A stretch of DNA of 64,000 nt from IMG/VR virus record IMGVR_UViG_3300025572_000001, positions 1 through 64,000 of that record. One strand, given 5' to 3'. Source of the DNA: a virus. The position numbers and the translations under genes are program-made. The stretch's first letter is position 1. Each line of letters begins with the position of its first letter. Shown here one piece after another: positions 49,530 through 60,652 of this stretch. The notes beneath the pieces were generated by a model. The model saw only the letters and a list, made by a program, of their open reading frames with translations, was not told the origin of the DNA and searched no databases.

Positions 49530-52099
49530 TGGCTCAGCTTGCGATTGGTCTCGCCATTGGTGTTGGCGGTTACTTCCTGGTTCAGGCGTTGATGCCGAAG
49601 CCGAAGCCCATCGAAGGGCCTCGCATTTCGGACATTAACATTACGGCTGTAAGCCCCGGTAACCCCATCATCAGACATTGGGGTACGATGAAGCTTCCGG
49701 GTCAGCTCATCTGGACCTCGAAGCTCATTGAGACGCGGCACGAGGAAGAAGTCGGCGGCAAGGGTGGCCCACCCAAGCAGAAGATGATCACATACACCTA
49801 CTCGGTGTACTGTGCTGTCGCTGTCTGCCAGGGTCCGGTGCATCGTATCCGGCGCATCTGGGCGAACCAGAAGCTGCTCTGGCAGAACCCCGAAATTGCC
49901 GGTGAGGCAAAGAAGGATTTCGAGAGGGCGTATTACGAAGAGGGTGAGCGGTTGCTGGCGGCTGGCGTGGACGTTGATGAAGCTCACGTCAGTGCGTTCG
50001 TGTTTGCGTTTAACAACTACGAGATCGGGGAATATACGCTTCAGACGCCACAGCAGGCGATCAACTGGGTCATGAGCCACCCTATTGGCGGGACCCAGCC
50101 GAGCCGCCGTGGTGTGGCGGAGGTCGTGGACCGCATGTTCTCCGGCCTCGACAAGGAGAAAGAGTACCTGCGGTTCAAGAGCCGCTTCGATGCGATCCGT
50201 CTCTATCTGGGTACGGAAGTTCAGACGCCTGACCCGACCCTTGAGAAGTACAAGGGCGTGGGCATGGTTCCGGCGTTCAGGGGCACCTGCTACATCGTCA
50301 TCGACAACCTTCAGCTGGAAGACTTCGGTAACTCGATACCCACGTTCAACATAGAGGTAGAGAAGACGCCGGAGGAGCCCCAGCTCCGGGATATCCTGGC
50401 GGATATTTGCCGTGAAAGCGGCATGACGGACGACGAATTTGCGGTTGACGACATTCCGGATGTGACTGTTCCCGGCTACGCGATCACGCAGGCCACGTCT
50501 GCCCGCCGTGCGATTCAGGACCTACAGATGATTTATCCGTTCGACGGCGCGGAGACGGCCTTCAAGCTTCGCTTCTCGTGGTTGGATAAGAAGCCTGTCG
50601 CCATCCTTCGTCCGGAGGACTTCGGGGCTCATGAAACCGGAGACGATCAGCCGCCGACACAGACACTGGTTCGAGCGCAGGAGTTCGATCTGCCGCAGAA
50701 ACTAACGCTCACGTATCAGGAGCCTGGACGAAACTATTCGCTGAATACGATGACGGCCCAGCGCATGGTGACGGAATCGAACCGTGTGCAGGAGGTGGAT
50801 GTCACGATTGCCCTCACGCGAGCGGAGGCAAAGTCTCGCGTTGAGGAAACGATGTCCACGCTTTGGAAGGCCAGGCGTGAGTGGACCTACCAGCTGCCCC
50901 GGAAGTACATCATTCTGGAGCCTGGCGACTTCGTGCTGATCCCTGACCCGGTTGGTACGAGGTATTTCAGGGGTGCTCGCGTGATCGAGGTGAACACCGG
51001 TGCAAACGGCATCCTCGAAATGAAGATGATCGACCACCACAGGTCGCAGTATGTCGGCGCGAACGCATCGACCGACTTAATCGTGGATGATGACATGGAA
51101 GACGAGCCGCCGCAGTCTTCCATCACGGTGCCGTACTTCCTAGACATTCCGCTGCTGACGGACAACGAGGCGGACAATATCGGCTTTTACTCGGTGATGG
51201 GTGGAACCCGATCCGGATGGAACGGTGGCTTCCTGATGTTGGACCTGTCGTCCGGTGGCACTGTCCCGGTATTCGGTGTGGAGCCGGTACAGGATAGCTC
51301 TGGTGCGGACTGGTACACGGTTGCCTACAACAATACCGACCCCGCTCACGGGTTCACGCTGGGCACCCTCGGGCCCGCTCATCCTGGTATCTGGGATCGA
51401 TTCAATCGCATCCGCATAAGGCTGCGTAACCCGTATCGGGTGCTTTTCAGCCGGACGGAACAAGAGCTTCTGCGGTCTCCGGTGAACGTTGCCATCATCG
51501 GGGACGAGATTGTCCAGTTTGCCAACGCGATTGATCTGGGCAACGGCCTGTGGGAGCTGCACACGTTCCTCCGTGGTCTGAGGGGGACCGAGTGGGCAAT
51601 CAACAGGCACGAACCCGCCGACCGGTTCGTTATTCTGACCAGAGAAGGCGTGGAGCGCATAACCCACGACATCACGCTGTTGAACGTGGAAGGGCGGTTC
51701 CGGGCTCTCTCGCAGGGTCAGGACGTGGAGTCCGCCATGGAATACACGTTCAAGAACACGGGCAATTCGCTGCGCCCATACGCTCCGTTCATCAAGAAGA
51801 AGCTGCGGAGGGATAACGGCGCGATTGAGCTAGAATGGCTTCCCAGGGTCCGGCAGAAGGGTCTGCTGGTCAACGGCATGGGCACCGAGCTCGATCAGGA
51901 CGAAGAGAAATATGAAATCGAAGTCCTCAACGGTGACACGGTAGTTCGCACGGTCGCTTTGTCGGAGGTTCGCAGCTGGACTTACAGCGCAGCCAATCAT
52001 TCGGATGACTTCGGGTCGATCCAAGACAAAGTGCACTTTAGGTTGTATCAGATAGGTCGTGTCGTCGGCAGAGGATTTGCCGCGGAGGTTTGGGTCTGA
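49529..52099 (+). CDS. host-specificity / central tail fibre protein (gpJ-like, RcGTA g15-like)
   Basis: 856 aa following the peptidase. The N-terminal GPRISDINITAVSPGNPIIRHWGTMKLPGQLIWTS is typical of this family (memory). Confidence 0.72.
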   Translation: MAQLAIGLAIGVGGYFLVQALMPKPKPIEGPRISDINITAVSPGNPIIRHWGTMKLPGQLIWTSKLIETRHEEEVGGKGGPPKQKMITYTYSVYCAVAVCQGPVHRIRRIWANQKLLWQNPEIAGEAKKDFERAYYEEGERLLAAGVDVDEAHVSAFVFAFNNYEIGEYTLQTPQQAINWVMSHPIGGTQPSRRGVAEVVDRMFSGLDKEKEYLRFKSRFDAIRLYLGTEVQTPDPTLEKYKGVGMVPAFRGTCYIVIDNLQLEDFGNSIPTFNIEVEKTPEEPQLRDILADICRESGMTDDEFAVDDIPDVTVPGYAITQATSARRAIQDLQMIYPFDGAETAFKLRFSWLDKKPVAILRPEDFGAHETGDDQPPTQTLVRAQEFDLPQKLTLTYQEPGRNYSLNTMTAQRMVTESNRVQEVDVTIALTRAEAKSRVEETMSTLWKARREWTYQLPRKYIILEPGDFVLIPDPVGTRYFRGARVIEVNTGANGILEMKMIDHHRSQYVGANASTDLIVDDDMEDEPPQSSITVPYFLDIPLLTDNEADNIGFYSVMGGTRSGWNGGFLMLDLSSGGTVPVFGVEPVQDSSGADWYTVAYNNTDPAHGFTLGTLGPAHPGIWDRFNRIRIRLRNPYRVLFSRTEQELLRSPVNVAIIGDEIVQFANAIDLGNGLWELHTFLRGLRGTEWAINRHEPADRFVILTREGVERITHDITLLNVEGRFRALSQGQDVESAMEYTFKNTGNSLRPYAPFIKKKLRRDNGAIELEWLPRVRQKGLLVNGMGTELDQDEEKYEIEVLNGDTVVRTVALSEVRSWTYSAANHSDDFGSIQDKVHFRLYQIGRVVGRGFAAEVWV

Positions 52100-54771
52100 T
52101 GGTTACGACGCCGAAACTCGGAGTGAACCTTCTTGCCACTAATACGGTGAACAAGGAGGTCGTCATCAATGAAGGATTTGTCACCTTCGATGCTCTCATC
52201 GCAAGGGTGGCCAAATCTATTTCCAATACGCCCCCGGCAGAGCCGCAGGATGGTGATGTCTATATCGTCGGCACCAGCCCGATCAACGAGTGGAACGGTT
52301 ACGCGAACCATATCGCTTTCTGGTTCAACGGCTGGCACCTGATCAACCCGCCCGACAAGATCAAGATGTGGGTGGAGTCCACGGGCTCGTACTGGACCAA
52401 GCAGACCCTCAGCTGGACGGAAGACCCTGCCGGTACGCCTTCGGCCCTGAACGACCTGACGGACGTTTCTGGTAACACGCCCGATCACGGCGACTTCCTG
52501 ATGTGGGACCAGACGGCTGGCAAGTGGGTCCCGGCCCCGCTGGCCAACCCAGACCTTGAAATCGGGGAGCTGTCCAATGTCGTGATCACGAATGCCGAGG
52601 CTGGTCAGGCGCTGGTCTACGACAGCATTGATGGCGTGTGGCGTAACCAGACGATCAGCGCAAGCGGCGGGGCCTCCACCCTGGCGCAGCTGAACGATGT
52701 CGATATGTCCGGCGCAGATGAAGGGCACGTGCCCTACTGGGACGGCGAAAAGCTGAAGTTCAAGTCCCCGCAGCAAGTCATCCCGCTGCCGCATCTGCGC
52801 GATCTGCCGGATGTGTACGTGAACCATCTACTGGTGGGTGACGTGCTCGCCTGGAACGGTGCCGCTTGGGTACCGTCTCAGGCTGCGGTTACCTACAGCT
52901 TCCTCGGCATGGTGGACGGCCCCCAGACGTTTGAGGGTAACGCCAACAAGTTCCTGGTGGTGGACCCGACCGAGAGCGAGCTTGTCTTCAAGAGCCTTGA
53001 TGACCTGATAAACATCAGCGAGATGAAGCTCATCGAGCTGGCTGACACCCCGAACAGCTACGGCAACCAAGGGCAGGTGCTGGTCGTCAACTCCAACAAG
53101 ACCGGCTTCGTTTTCGCATCTATGCCGCCGACCATTACGGTCAAGGTGGGTGGTAGCACCATCACGACTGAGCTCAACGAACTTGAGTTCGAGGGCCTTA
53201 CGGTCACTTCGTCTGGCTCCGGCAAGGCGAAGGTCAAGTTCGAGATGCCGCCCATCGACTTCCCGCAAATTGATTTCAGGGTCAACGATCAGCTTTTGGC
53301 GGACCCTATTGCAATTAATTTCACAGGTGCGGGTGTCGTCGCGGTCGAAGACGAGGAGAATCCGAACCATTACATCGTCACCATAGACAGCGGTGGCGGG
53401 GCCCTGCATTCACTGGAGGACGTGGACTTCAGCGAGCAGTCGCCGCAGGACGGGCATACGCTGGTCTATGACGCCCTGAAGGGAAAGTGGAAGCCTGGTC
53501 AGGCGGCGGGAAGCGTTGGCGTGGTTGACGGGACTGTGGAACCGGCGCTCTACGAGTTCGGCCCCTTTGCGCCTCCTCGGCCCAACATGTTCCCGGACCG
53601 CTTCAATGCGCCGTCCGCGATTGTGATGGATATCAAGAACCGGGGCATGGTGGTCCAGCCCGGTTCGCAACCGTCTGGCGTCAAGCACTGTCTGGTCTCC
53701 CGCTCCCTGATCAACACCATTGCCCCGTGGCAGGTCACGGCTCGCGTGGCTCCGACCGGTTTCGAGGCGGGGGGTCATGCCGGTGGCATCGCCATTCAGC
53801 GTGCTGCCAATGGTGCGATGGTTTTCCTGGTGCTGGGCAACTCGAACTCGGACACCCAGTACAGCATCCGATTCGGTTATGTGAACGCATCGGGTGCCGA
53901 GACCATCGTCACCACCGAGCCGAATCATTACCAGTGGCTCCGCCTGGTGTTCGACGGCAATAACATCCGTGCCTACGTCTCCTATGACGGCCTGATCTGG
54001 CACCAGTTCGGACAGGTGAGCGCCGCCACCGTCCTCGGCGGAGCTCCGAACAAGGTGGCTATCGACAACCGCGTCCAGTCTGCCACGACCGGCGAGGTGG
54101 GTGTGCTCGTCACCTACTGGGATGACCCGGACTTCCCGGCTGAGACCCGGACCCGACAGGGTGTGGTCAATGTCACCGTTGGCGGCTTGCAGGACGTTGA
54201 TCTGGGGGATCAGCCTCTGGAAGACGGTCAGGCTCTCGTCTGGGACGCCGACAGGCAGGTTTGGACCGCAGGCAATCCGGTTGGCGGCGGCGGGCCTGGT
54301 GGACCGGTTGTGGGTGAGCTCGATGACCTGACGGACGTGGACACCTCCAACTACCCGCCGCAGCATGGTCAGGCACTCGTCTGGGACGAAATCAACAACG
54401 TCTGGAGGCCGGGGGCCCAGGTTGGTGGCCAGGGCCCTGTCGAGGTGGACATCTCGTGCTTCATCCCCGGTGAGCCGGAAGCCGATGAGATCGTGGCCCG
54501 GTTTATAGCCGTCAGGTCGCTCACGTTGCCGTCCGGTTTTATGGGAAGCAAGGCGTTCGCTCAGGAAGCCCCGAGCAACACGGTGATTTTCAACGTCGCC
54601 AAGAACGGATCGGTCATCGGCACGATCCAGTTCGACGCTGACGAAAACGAGGGCGTATTCGCTTCGTTGGACGGGGCAACACTGGATGCGGGGGACCGAT
54701 TGGACATCGTTTCCCCGCCCAACGTCTACGGCATCTCCGACATAGGCATCACTTTCGCAGGGAGTCGCTAA
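52099..54771 (+). CDS. tail fibre protein with a DUF2793-like N-terminus
   Basis: ATG 52099 overlaps the previous stop (TGATG). TPKLGVNLLATNTVNKEVVINEGFVTFDALI..PQDGDVYIVG resembles DUF2793 (memory). Confidence 0.58.
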   Translation: MVTTPKLGVNLLATNTVNKEVVINEGFVTFDALIARVAKSISNTPPAEPQDGDVYIVGTSPINEWNGYANHIAFWFNGWHLINPPDKIKMWVESTGSYWTKQTLSWTEDPAGTPSALNDLTDVSGNTPDHGDFLMWDQTAGKWVPAPLANPDLEIGELSNVVITNAEAGQALVYDSIDGVWRNQTISASGGASTLAQLNDVDMSGADEGHVPYWDGEKLKFKSPQQVIPLPHLRDLPDVYVNHLLVGDVLAWNGAAWVPSQAAVTYSFLGMVDGPQTFEGNANKFLVVDPTESELVFKSLDDLINISEMKLIELADTPNSYGNQGQVLVVNSNKTGFVFASMPPTITVKVGGSTITTELNELEFEGLTVTSSGSGKAKVKFEMPPIDFPQIDFRVNDQLLADPIAINFTGAGVVAVEDEENPNHYIVTIDSGGGALHSLEDVDFSEQSPQDGHTLVYDALKGKWKPGQAAGSVGVVDGTVEPALYEFGPFAPPRPNMFPDRFNAPSAIVMDIKNRGMVVQPGSQPSGVKHCLVSRSLINTIAPWQVTARVAPTGFEAGGHAGGIAIQRAANGAMVFLVLGNSNSDTQYSIRFGYVNASGAETIVTTEPNHYQWLRLVFDGNNIRAYVSYDGLIWHQFGQVSAATVLGGAPNKVAIDNRVQSATTGEVGVLVTYWDDPDFPAETRTRQGVVNVTVGGLQDVDLGDQPLEDGQALVWDADRQVWTAGNPVGGGGPGGPVVGELDDLTDVDTSNYPPQHGQALVWDEINNVWRPGAQVGGQGPVEVDISCFIPGEPEADEIVARFIAVRSLTLPSGFMGSKAFAQEAPSNTVIFNVAKNGSVIGTIQFDADENEGVFASLDGATLDAGDRLDIVSPPNVYGISDIGITFAGSR
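53310..53323. repeat. 1-mismatch palindrome copy TGCAATTAATTtCA
   Basis: Intragenic, within the fibre gene. Confidence 0.9.
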
Positions 54772-54772
54772 A

Positions 54773-55846
54773 ATGGCCATCCAGTTTTGCGACGGATTTG
54801 ACCAGTACAGCTCGCAGGCTGACGTTCAGCAGGTGTGGAACCGTTTCCAGCAGGAAATGGCCATCACGCTTGAAGATGACACGCCCTACGGACGGGGGAA
54901 GGCCATCAAGTTCGGCAAGGCCGGTGCGTCGCACCCTGGTATTTCCATCCAGGTACCCAACCCGGTGAACCAGGTAGGGTGCTCGTTTCATCTGAAGGTG
55001 TTGGAGTATCCAACGTCCAGTTATTATCGCGGTTTGATTGAGTTCAAGGACGGTACGTCAAGCGACACGCACTGCACGCTCAGCCTGAACGCTAACGGTA
55101 CCTTGAGGTTCAATGCCAGAGACGCTTCCTCAAGCATTAGCAACTACGTGATCGTGGCCGAAACCATTGAGAGCATTCCACTGAACACGTGGGTGCACGT
55201 TGAGGTTAGGGTGCTCATATCCAATTCTGGTACGGTGGAAATCCGGATCAACGGAAACTTCGCAGGGTCGGGTTCTGGCGACACATACACCGGTAACTCT
55301 GCCGTGGTGAATGTCATCACAGCGGGTAGGCAGGTTTACTCCGGTGCCAACTCCGCAGGTATCATCCTGATGGACAACTTCGTGTTTTGGGACACCACCG
55401 GCTCCACAAACAACACTTTCCTTGGTGAAGTTGAGGTGGCTACGCTGGCTCCAGTGGCTGACGTAGACATTACCGACTGGACACCCTCAGAGGGCAGCGA
55501 TGGTTACGCCATGATCGTTGATGAGGAGGGTTTCGACGGTGACGACACCTACATTGCGTCGGACGTGGAGGACGCCGTGGCGGTGTTCGAGCTTGGCAAC
55601 CTGCCGTCTGTGAACATGCGCGTTCTCGGGGTGCAGGCATTCGCTGTGGCCCGCAAGGACGAAAGCGGTGACCGCAGCCTGGCCCTTGGGGTTGACTCCG
55701 ATGACGAGGTTGTTGACGCCAGTCCATCACCGCTGTCGAACGTTTACACCGGCAAGATGGCGTTTTTCGAGAATGATCCTGCCACCGGCATTGCCTGGCA
55801 GAGAAGCGCCGTCAATGCCGTGAAGCTGAGGACGAAGGTGGTCTGA
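54773..55846 (+). CDS. tail protein (N-terminal CDGFDQY family)
   Basis: Paralogous N-terminus to 45411..46517. Jelly-roll/lectin-like composition. Confidence 0.45.
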   Translation: MAIQFCDGFDQYSSQADVQQVWNRFQQEMAITLEDDTPYGRGKAIKFGKAGASHPGISIQVPNPVNQVGCSFHLKVLEYPTSSYYRGLIEFKDGTSSDTHCTLSLNANGTLRFNARDASSSISNYVIVAETIESIPLNTWVHVEVRVLISNSGTVEIRINGNFAGSGSGDTYTGNSAVVNVITAGRQVYSGANSAGIILMDNFVFWDTTGSTNNTFLGEVEVATLAPVADVDITDWTPSEGSDGYAMIVDEEGFDGDDTYIASDVEDAVAVFELGNLPSVNMRVLGVQAFAVARKDESGDRSLALGVDSDDEVVDASPSPLSNVYTGKMAFFENDPATGIAWQRSAVNAVKLRTKVV

Positions 55847-58800
55847 TGACGGAAGCGCGGATCACAAAAGCCGGTGGTCAGGCTGTAATTAAGAACGAGG
55901 CAAAAGCCCGGACTACGGTTGCCGGGGCTCTTGTTCCGTTCAAGGGTCAGGAGGCTGCTGCCCGCGTATCCGCTCTGGCGGCGAATGTTGTCTTCCGGCC
56001 AAAAGCTCCCCGTGTTCCGAAGGGTCCGGTGTTCATGAACGCGATCTACTCGGAGGACCGAGGGATTGTAGGTGACCAGGTATATGACAAGGTTGAGCTG
56101 CTTTTGACGGCGGACCATAAGGGCATCAGGGACTTGAGCCGCAAGCGGCGTGGATTGCTCACTTCGATATCGGGTGGTCCCGGCCTTGAGTCCGGCCTGG
56201 CCCGTTTCGGTACGCATTGCATGAGGTTCGCGTGGCTATACCGTGGTTCTCTCGAAGCTGCAGTTCCATACATTCGCGCCGACAACAGCGACGGGGCTTT
56301 TCTTTTCGGCAGCCAGCCATTCACGGTTGAAGTGTGGGTGAGGGTGGACAACAGCTCCCCCAACAGCAAGCCCGTTGTCGGTGTCTGGAGTGATGATTCG
56401 ACCAACAAGAGCTGGCTTCTGAAGCTTCAGTCCGGTTCAGTGCAGTTCCTCATGTCGCCTGACGGCACGACCGTGGATACCATCCAGGGTACGATTGTCG
56501 AGTTTAACGAGTGGAACCATATCGCCGTTGACAGGGACAAGACCGGCAAGGTCCGCTTGTACCTTAACGGCCAGATGGTCGCCTCTGAACAAGTGAACTA
56601 CTCGTTGAATCAGGCAGTGAATCGAGACCTGACAGTTGGTTACATCGGCGGATTCGATCCTGAGTCCAGCATAGCCACAGACCAGAGCCTGGGGTCGTTT
56701 GTCGGGTACATGGATGATCTCAGGATCACGCGGGGTTGGGCCCGTTATGAGTCCGACACAACCTATCAGGTGCCCGACCAATCGTTCCCGTTTGAGCCGT
56801 TCGAGGTCCCTGACTACTTCGATGACGGTGACCCGTACTACAACAACGTGGTGCTTCTGCTTGACCCCCTGGCGAACGCCAACGTACAGGATTTCAGCCC
56901 GAATCCTGCTCCGGTCTCGGGTAACATGTCCACCACCACCCTGACCCTGTGCGGCATCAGCGATGCCCGCGTATTTGCAGACAATGGTACGGTGGTTTCG
57001 TTTGCTGGCAACGGGGAGCGGTTCAACCTCAATGGTCCGGTGACCATTGAGGTGGTGTGTATGTATCAGGACACCGCAATCACTGGCTACAACATCTTGC
57101 AAGTGCCGAACCACTTCCGTGTCAGGGTGGCCCGAAACACCACGTGGGTACAGGCGTACAAGAACGGAGCCTGGATGACCCTATATGGCGGAAGCTCTGA
57201 CTGGGGTTATTGGAGGCATTTCATCGTCACTCGCGACGAGCAGAACACGACCCGCATCTACTACAACGGCAGGTTCGTGGCGAAGTACGAGAACGATGTG
57301 TGGGATGATCCGGGGACTGATGCTCCACTGATGCTCACGCCGGATGCGTACATATACAGCGGTGTGCGTATAGGTCCTGCCCGCATCACGAAGGGTGTGG
57401 CCCGCTGGACGCACGAGACGCCTTACGGTGACGTTGAACTATACCGTATCCCGCTAAAGACTCAGGCCGTCATTCCGACGCCGCCTGAGCCGACTTACCC
57501 GTACCAGTTGCCGGTGATCAATCCAGGTGCCGAAAATGCCTCGAACAGGATGTGGTCGGTTGTCACCGGCACCAGACCGGACATTGTGTCCTCCCCGACC
57601 CCGCATGACGGAGATTACGCCTATGACTCCGGGCAGGCTCGGTTCAATTGGTATTTCCAGCACATTGAAATACCGAAAGCCTACTGGGCGGATATTGACG
57701 CTGGGCTTGTGCAATTAATTGCAAATGCCTGGGCAACCGGAACACTCACCGGAGACGACCGGGGTGGTCTGAATGTCATCGCCTTGGATGAGGGGAATAA
57801 CATTCTGCACCACCGGCTTGTGCTGGCTGAAGACGTGGATGACTGGACCGAGATCAGCCATGATTTTCGCCTCCCGAAGGGGGCGAGAGCCATCCGCATC
57901 GGTGTCCGGTCCTACCGCGACCCGGAGAACGAGGCTTTGCAGCTCTACTGGGACGACTTCAGCCTGACGCTGGAGAAAGAGACGGAGCCACTGGATAGCA
58001 TAGAGCTTCTGCGCCTTGGCAGGCTTGGGGTGGGCCCCTGGCGTCCGGCCCTTGGTGGGGACCTGGTGGAAGTCGTGTCCCGGTACGGGCTGATGTCTGT
58101 AGGCGTCCACGCTGGTCTGGCGGCCTATTTTGTCGATATTCCGATCCCCGATGAACTGTGGGAGGACATTGACGATGAAGAGACGCCTCTGACGGCAGTG
58201 GTCGATTATCACCTGGTCGGCCAACTCAATATGACTGGTGCAGTGGGCCGTTTCTTCATTGACGCTAGAGACGAGCACTACGATCCAATTGGGCGCATCT
58301 ATGACGCTGAGGAGCCGTACTCGGTCGATGCCTTTGGTGAGGACCGGACGCTGGAGGTAAAGCTACCGGCTGGAACCAGATCGCTGTCGGTAGGCATCAT
58401 CGCGGAGCAGAACGACCTTGAGTTTCTGGCCGGTCACCCGGTGACCTACATTGCTGCCCGCATAGAGCGTAGGGGTAGCAGCAATATGCTTGGCCCGGTT
58501 GATATACCGATGTACCCGCTCTATGACTACCTGAAGATTGAGTTCGCCAACTACAACGTCCACCCGCTGATAACCGATGGGGCGAACCCAGGTGGCGTTA
58601 TTGTTGCCGATGATGCTGATTCTGAAATCGGCACCACGGTTTCCCTGCGTATGCCGCCGATAACTCACAACCAGACGGCTTATATAGACCTCCCCATATG
58701 GTCATACCCTGGTTTCGATACGGTGACGATAAGGTACCGAACGGACAGCGAGAACAATTGGGACTGGTTCCAGGTCTTCGTTGATGGCGTCCAGCAGATG

Positions 58801-59034
58801 CAGGCGTCGGGCCAGCAGACGGACTACCGCGAATTTTCGGTGCAGGTTCCCTACGGCCAGCACACGCTTCGTCTGCAATACTCGAAAGACGGCAGCACCA
58901 GCACCGGCACTGACACAGTGTACTTCAGCCGGATCGTGATCCCTGTCCGTAACGAGAACACCACAGTTCGCTTGATGGAGGACGGGACGATTCGTCGGCT
59001 GGAGAACGACAAGCCAAGGTATTTGGAGAACTGA
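55846..59034 (+). CDS. large tail fibre/receptor-binding protein with a LamG (concanavalin-like) domain
   Basis: FTVEVWVRVD..WLLKLQSGSVQFLMSPDG..WNHIAVDRDKTGKVRLYLNGQMV is a Laminin-G_3-type pattern. Confidence 0.58.
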   Translation: MTEARITKAGGQAVIKNEAKARTTVAGALVPFKGQEAAARVSALAANVVFRPKAPRVPKGPVFMNAIYSEDRGIVGDQVYDKVELLLTADHKGIRDLSRKRRGLLTSISGGPGLESGLARFGTHCMRFAWLYRGSLEAAVPYIRADNSDGAFLFGSQPFTVEVWVRVDNSSPNSKPVVGVWSDDSTNKSWLLKLQSGSVQFLMSPDGTTVDTIQGTIVEFNEWNHIAVDRDKTGKVRLYLNGQMVASEQVNYSLNQAVNRDLTVGYIGGFDPESSIATDQSLGSFVGYMDDLRITRGWARYESDTTYQVPDQSFPFEPFEVPDYFDDGDPYYNNVVLLLDPLANANVQDFSPNPAPVSGNMSTTTLTLCGISDARVFADNGTVVSFAGNGERFNLNGPVTIEVVCMYQDTAITGYNILQVPNHFRVRVARNTTWVQAYKNGAWMTLYGGSSDWGYWRHFIVTRDEQNTTRIYYNGRFVAKYENDVWDDPGTDAPLMLTPDAYIYSGVRIGPARITKGVARWTHETPYGDVELYRIPLKTQAVIPTPPEPTYPYQLPVINPGAENASNRMWSVVTGTRPDIVSSPTPHDGDYAYDSGQARFNWYFQHIEIPKAYWADIDAGLVQLIANAWATGTLTGDDRGGLNVIALDEGNNILHHRLVLAEDVDDWTEISHDFRLPKGARAIRIGVRSYRDPENEALQLYWDDFSLTLEKETEPLDSIELLRLGRLGVGPWRPALGGDLVEVVSRYGLMSVGVHAGLAAYFVDIPIPDELWEDIDDEETPLTAVVDYHLVGQLNMTGAVGRFFIDARDEHYDPIGRIYDAEEPYSVDAFGEDRTLEVKLPAGTRSLSVGIIAEQNDLEFLAGHPVTYIAARIERRGSSNMLGPVDIPMYPLYDYLKIEFANYNVHPLITDGANPGGVIVADDADSEIGTTVSLRMPPITHNQTAYIDLPIWSYPGFDTVTIRYRTDSENNWDWFQVFVDGVQQMQASGQQTDYREFSVQVPYGQHTLRLQYSKDGSTSTGTDTVYFSRIVIPVRNENTTVRLMEDGTIRRLENDKPRYLEN
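57710..57723. repeat. exact 14-bp palindrome TGCAATTAATTGCA
   Basis: Deep intragenic; encodes VQLIAN. Confidence 0.95.
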
Positions 59035-59035
59035 C

Positions 59036-60649
59036 ATGTCCAGAATTTCTCAGATGCCGCCTGCCAATCCCCTTGTAGGCGATGAGCTGATCGAGGTGGT
59101 GCAGGATGGGCAGAATCGTAAAGCCTATGTTGCTGCTCTCGGTACTGGCGGGGGTGGCCATAGCGATTACATCGTTCTGCCTGGTCTTCGCACCGGGTAT
59201 CTCTCCTATATCAGCAGCTCTGGTTCTACTTCCGCGTATGCCATGAAAGGTAACATCTTCGACGCTGTTGAAGATGTGCGGCTGGCTGCCTGGATCATGA
59301 GGCTGATGCCCTCTTCGACTAGCGAACGTTACAAGCTGGTGATCTACCGTATCTCCAAGGATACGGGTCAGATCGAAGAAGTCGTGTATGAATCAGGCAC
59401 GTATGTGCCGAGCACCACCGGTACTTACGACCTTACATTTGCGTTCAAGCCTACCCTGCTGCTTGAAGCAGGAAATAGGTACGTTTTCGTTGCCGTGAGG
59501 ACGGATGGCTCAGCCTCATCGGCCTGCCGCTGCGCCTTCCCAGGTTCGCCTCCGGCAGTTACCATACCGGGCCTGAGCTACTATGGGTGCATTCGCCAGG
59601 CTTCCCTGGTGCTTGGCGTTGGAGGGACCGTCGAGCTCTACACTACGGACAGCCATGTCGGTATGGACTTCATCCTGGTCTCTGATGACCAAATCATGTC
59701 GCTCCACAAGATAAAGGACCTGTCCATTGCCAACGGCGATTTCGAGGAAGAAGAGCTCGAAGGCTGGACGGTCACCAAGGGTACGCCCACGAACGGGGAG
59801 CCTGATAACAGCAGCTATGCCAACATTGCCGCCAAGACCGGGTCAGAGTTCCTGAAACACGGGAATGAGGATGGCCAGGACTTCGAGGTGGAGCAGGAGC
59901 TCGACCTGGTATTACCCCAAGGCGGCGTAATGCAGATCAGCGCCTACGCGGCGACTGCCGACCTGGCGGATCAGGCATACTGCGAAGCAGAGTTCATAGA
60001 CCCCTACGATCAGTCCATTGAGACGCAGCGCAAGCCCATGCCGACCCCGGCTGTGGACCTGTGGTTCCCGCAGCAGTGCCTGTTCCGGGTCCCTGAGAAG
60101 ACCATGAAGGTCAAGCTTCGCCTTGGCGGTCAGAATGGCAATGGTGACGTGACGGACGTTGCCATTGATCAGGTTTCCGGGTGGTACGCGCCGGTGCTGC
60201 CTGCCACGCCATCGAGGAAATTTCGAGGGGCGCTGGCCCGGTTATCGGCCAACAAGAACGTAGGTACGACGCCGGTTTTTCCGATACCGTGGGACTACAC
60301 GGAGTATGATACGGACGGCTTCTGGGACCTGTCTCAGCCTGGGCGCTTCACGATCCCCAAGGGCGTGTCGATGATCAGGCTCCACGTAACGATTGATGGG
60401 CCTAGCAACACGTTCAGCTCGGAGCAGAACTGGGTGCTCCACTTCGCCAAGAACGGCAGCACAAGCTTTTACGGTTCGGCCAACATGGGTGGCAGAAGCG
60501 GTTACAGCGATTTCGGTCTGACCACCATCTCGCCGGTCATTCCCGTGGTCGAAGGGGATTATTTCGAGGTCCGGTTCAACTCGGGGCACACCGCTAATAT
60601 CACGCTGGAAGCGGCCACCTCGTGCTTCTCAATCGAAGTGCTTGAATAG
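59036..60649 (+). CDS. tail fibre / receptor-binding protein
   Basis: Called by position: it is the last virion gene. 537 aa. Confidence 0.42.
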   Translation: MSRISQMPPANPLVGDELIEVVQDGQNRKAYVAALGTGGGGHSDYIVLPGLRTGYLSYISSSGSTSAYAMKGNIFDAVEDVRLAAWIMRLMPSSTSERYKLVIYRISKDTGQIEEVVYESGTYVPSTTGTYDLTFAFKPTLLLEAGNRYVFVAVRTDGSASSACRCAFPGSPPAVTIPGLSYYGCIRQASLVLGVGGTVELYTTDSHVGMDFILVSDDQIMSLHKIKDLSIANGDFEEEELEGWTVTKGTPTNGEPDNSSYANIAAKTGSEFLKHGNEDGQDFEVEQELDLVLPQGGVMQISAYAATADLADQAYCEAEFIDPYDQSIETQRKPMPTPAVDLWFPQQCLFRVPEKTMKVKLRLGGQNGNGDVTDVAIDQVSGWYAPVLPATPSRKFRGALARLSANKNVGTTPVFPIPWDYTEYDTDGFWDLSQPGRFTIPKGVSMIRLHVTIDGPSNTFSSEQNWVLHFAKNGSTSFYGSANMGGRSGYSDFGLTTISPVIPVVEGDYFEVRFNSGHTANITLEAATSCFSIEVLE

Positions 60650-60652
60650 CCG

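Noticed and set aside
52099-60649. Tail-fibre region checked for a diversity-generating retroelement or an invertible segment.
   Set aside because: There is no reverse transcriptase and I noticed no template/variable repeat pair. No invertase-type small recombinase or inverted crossover sites flank the fibre genes.
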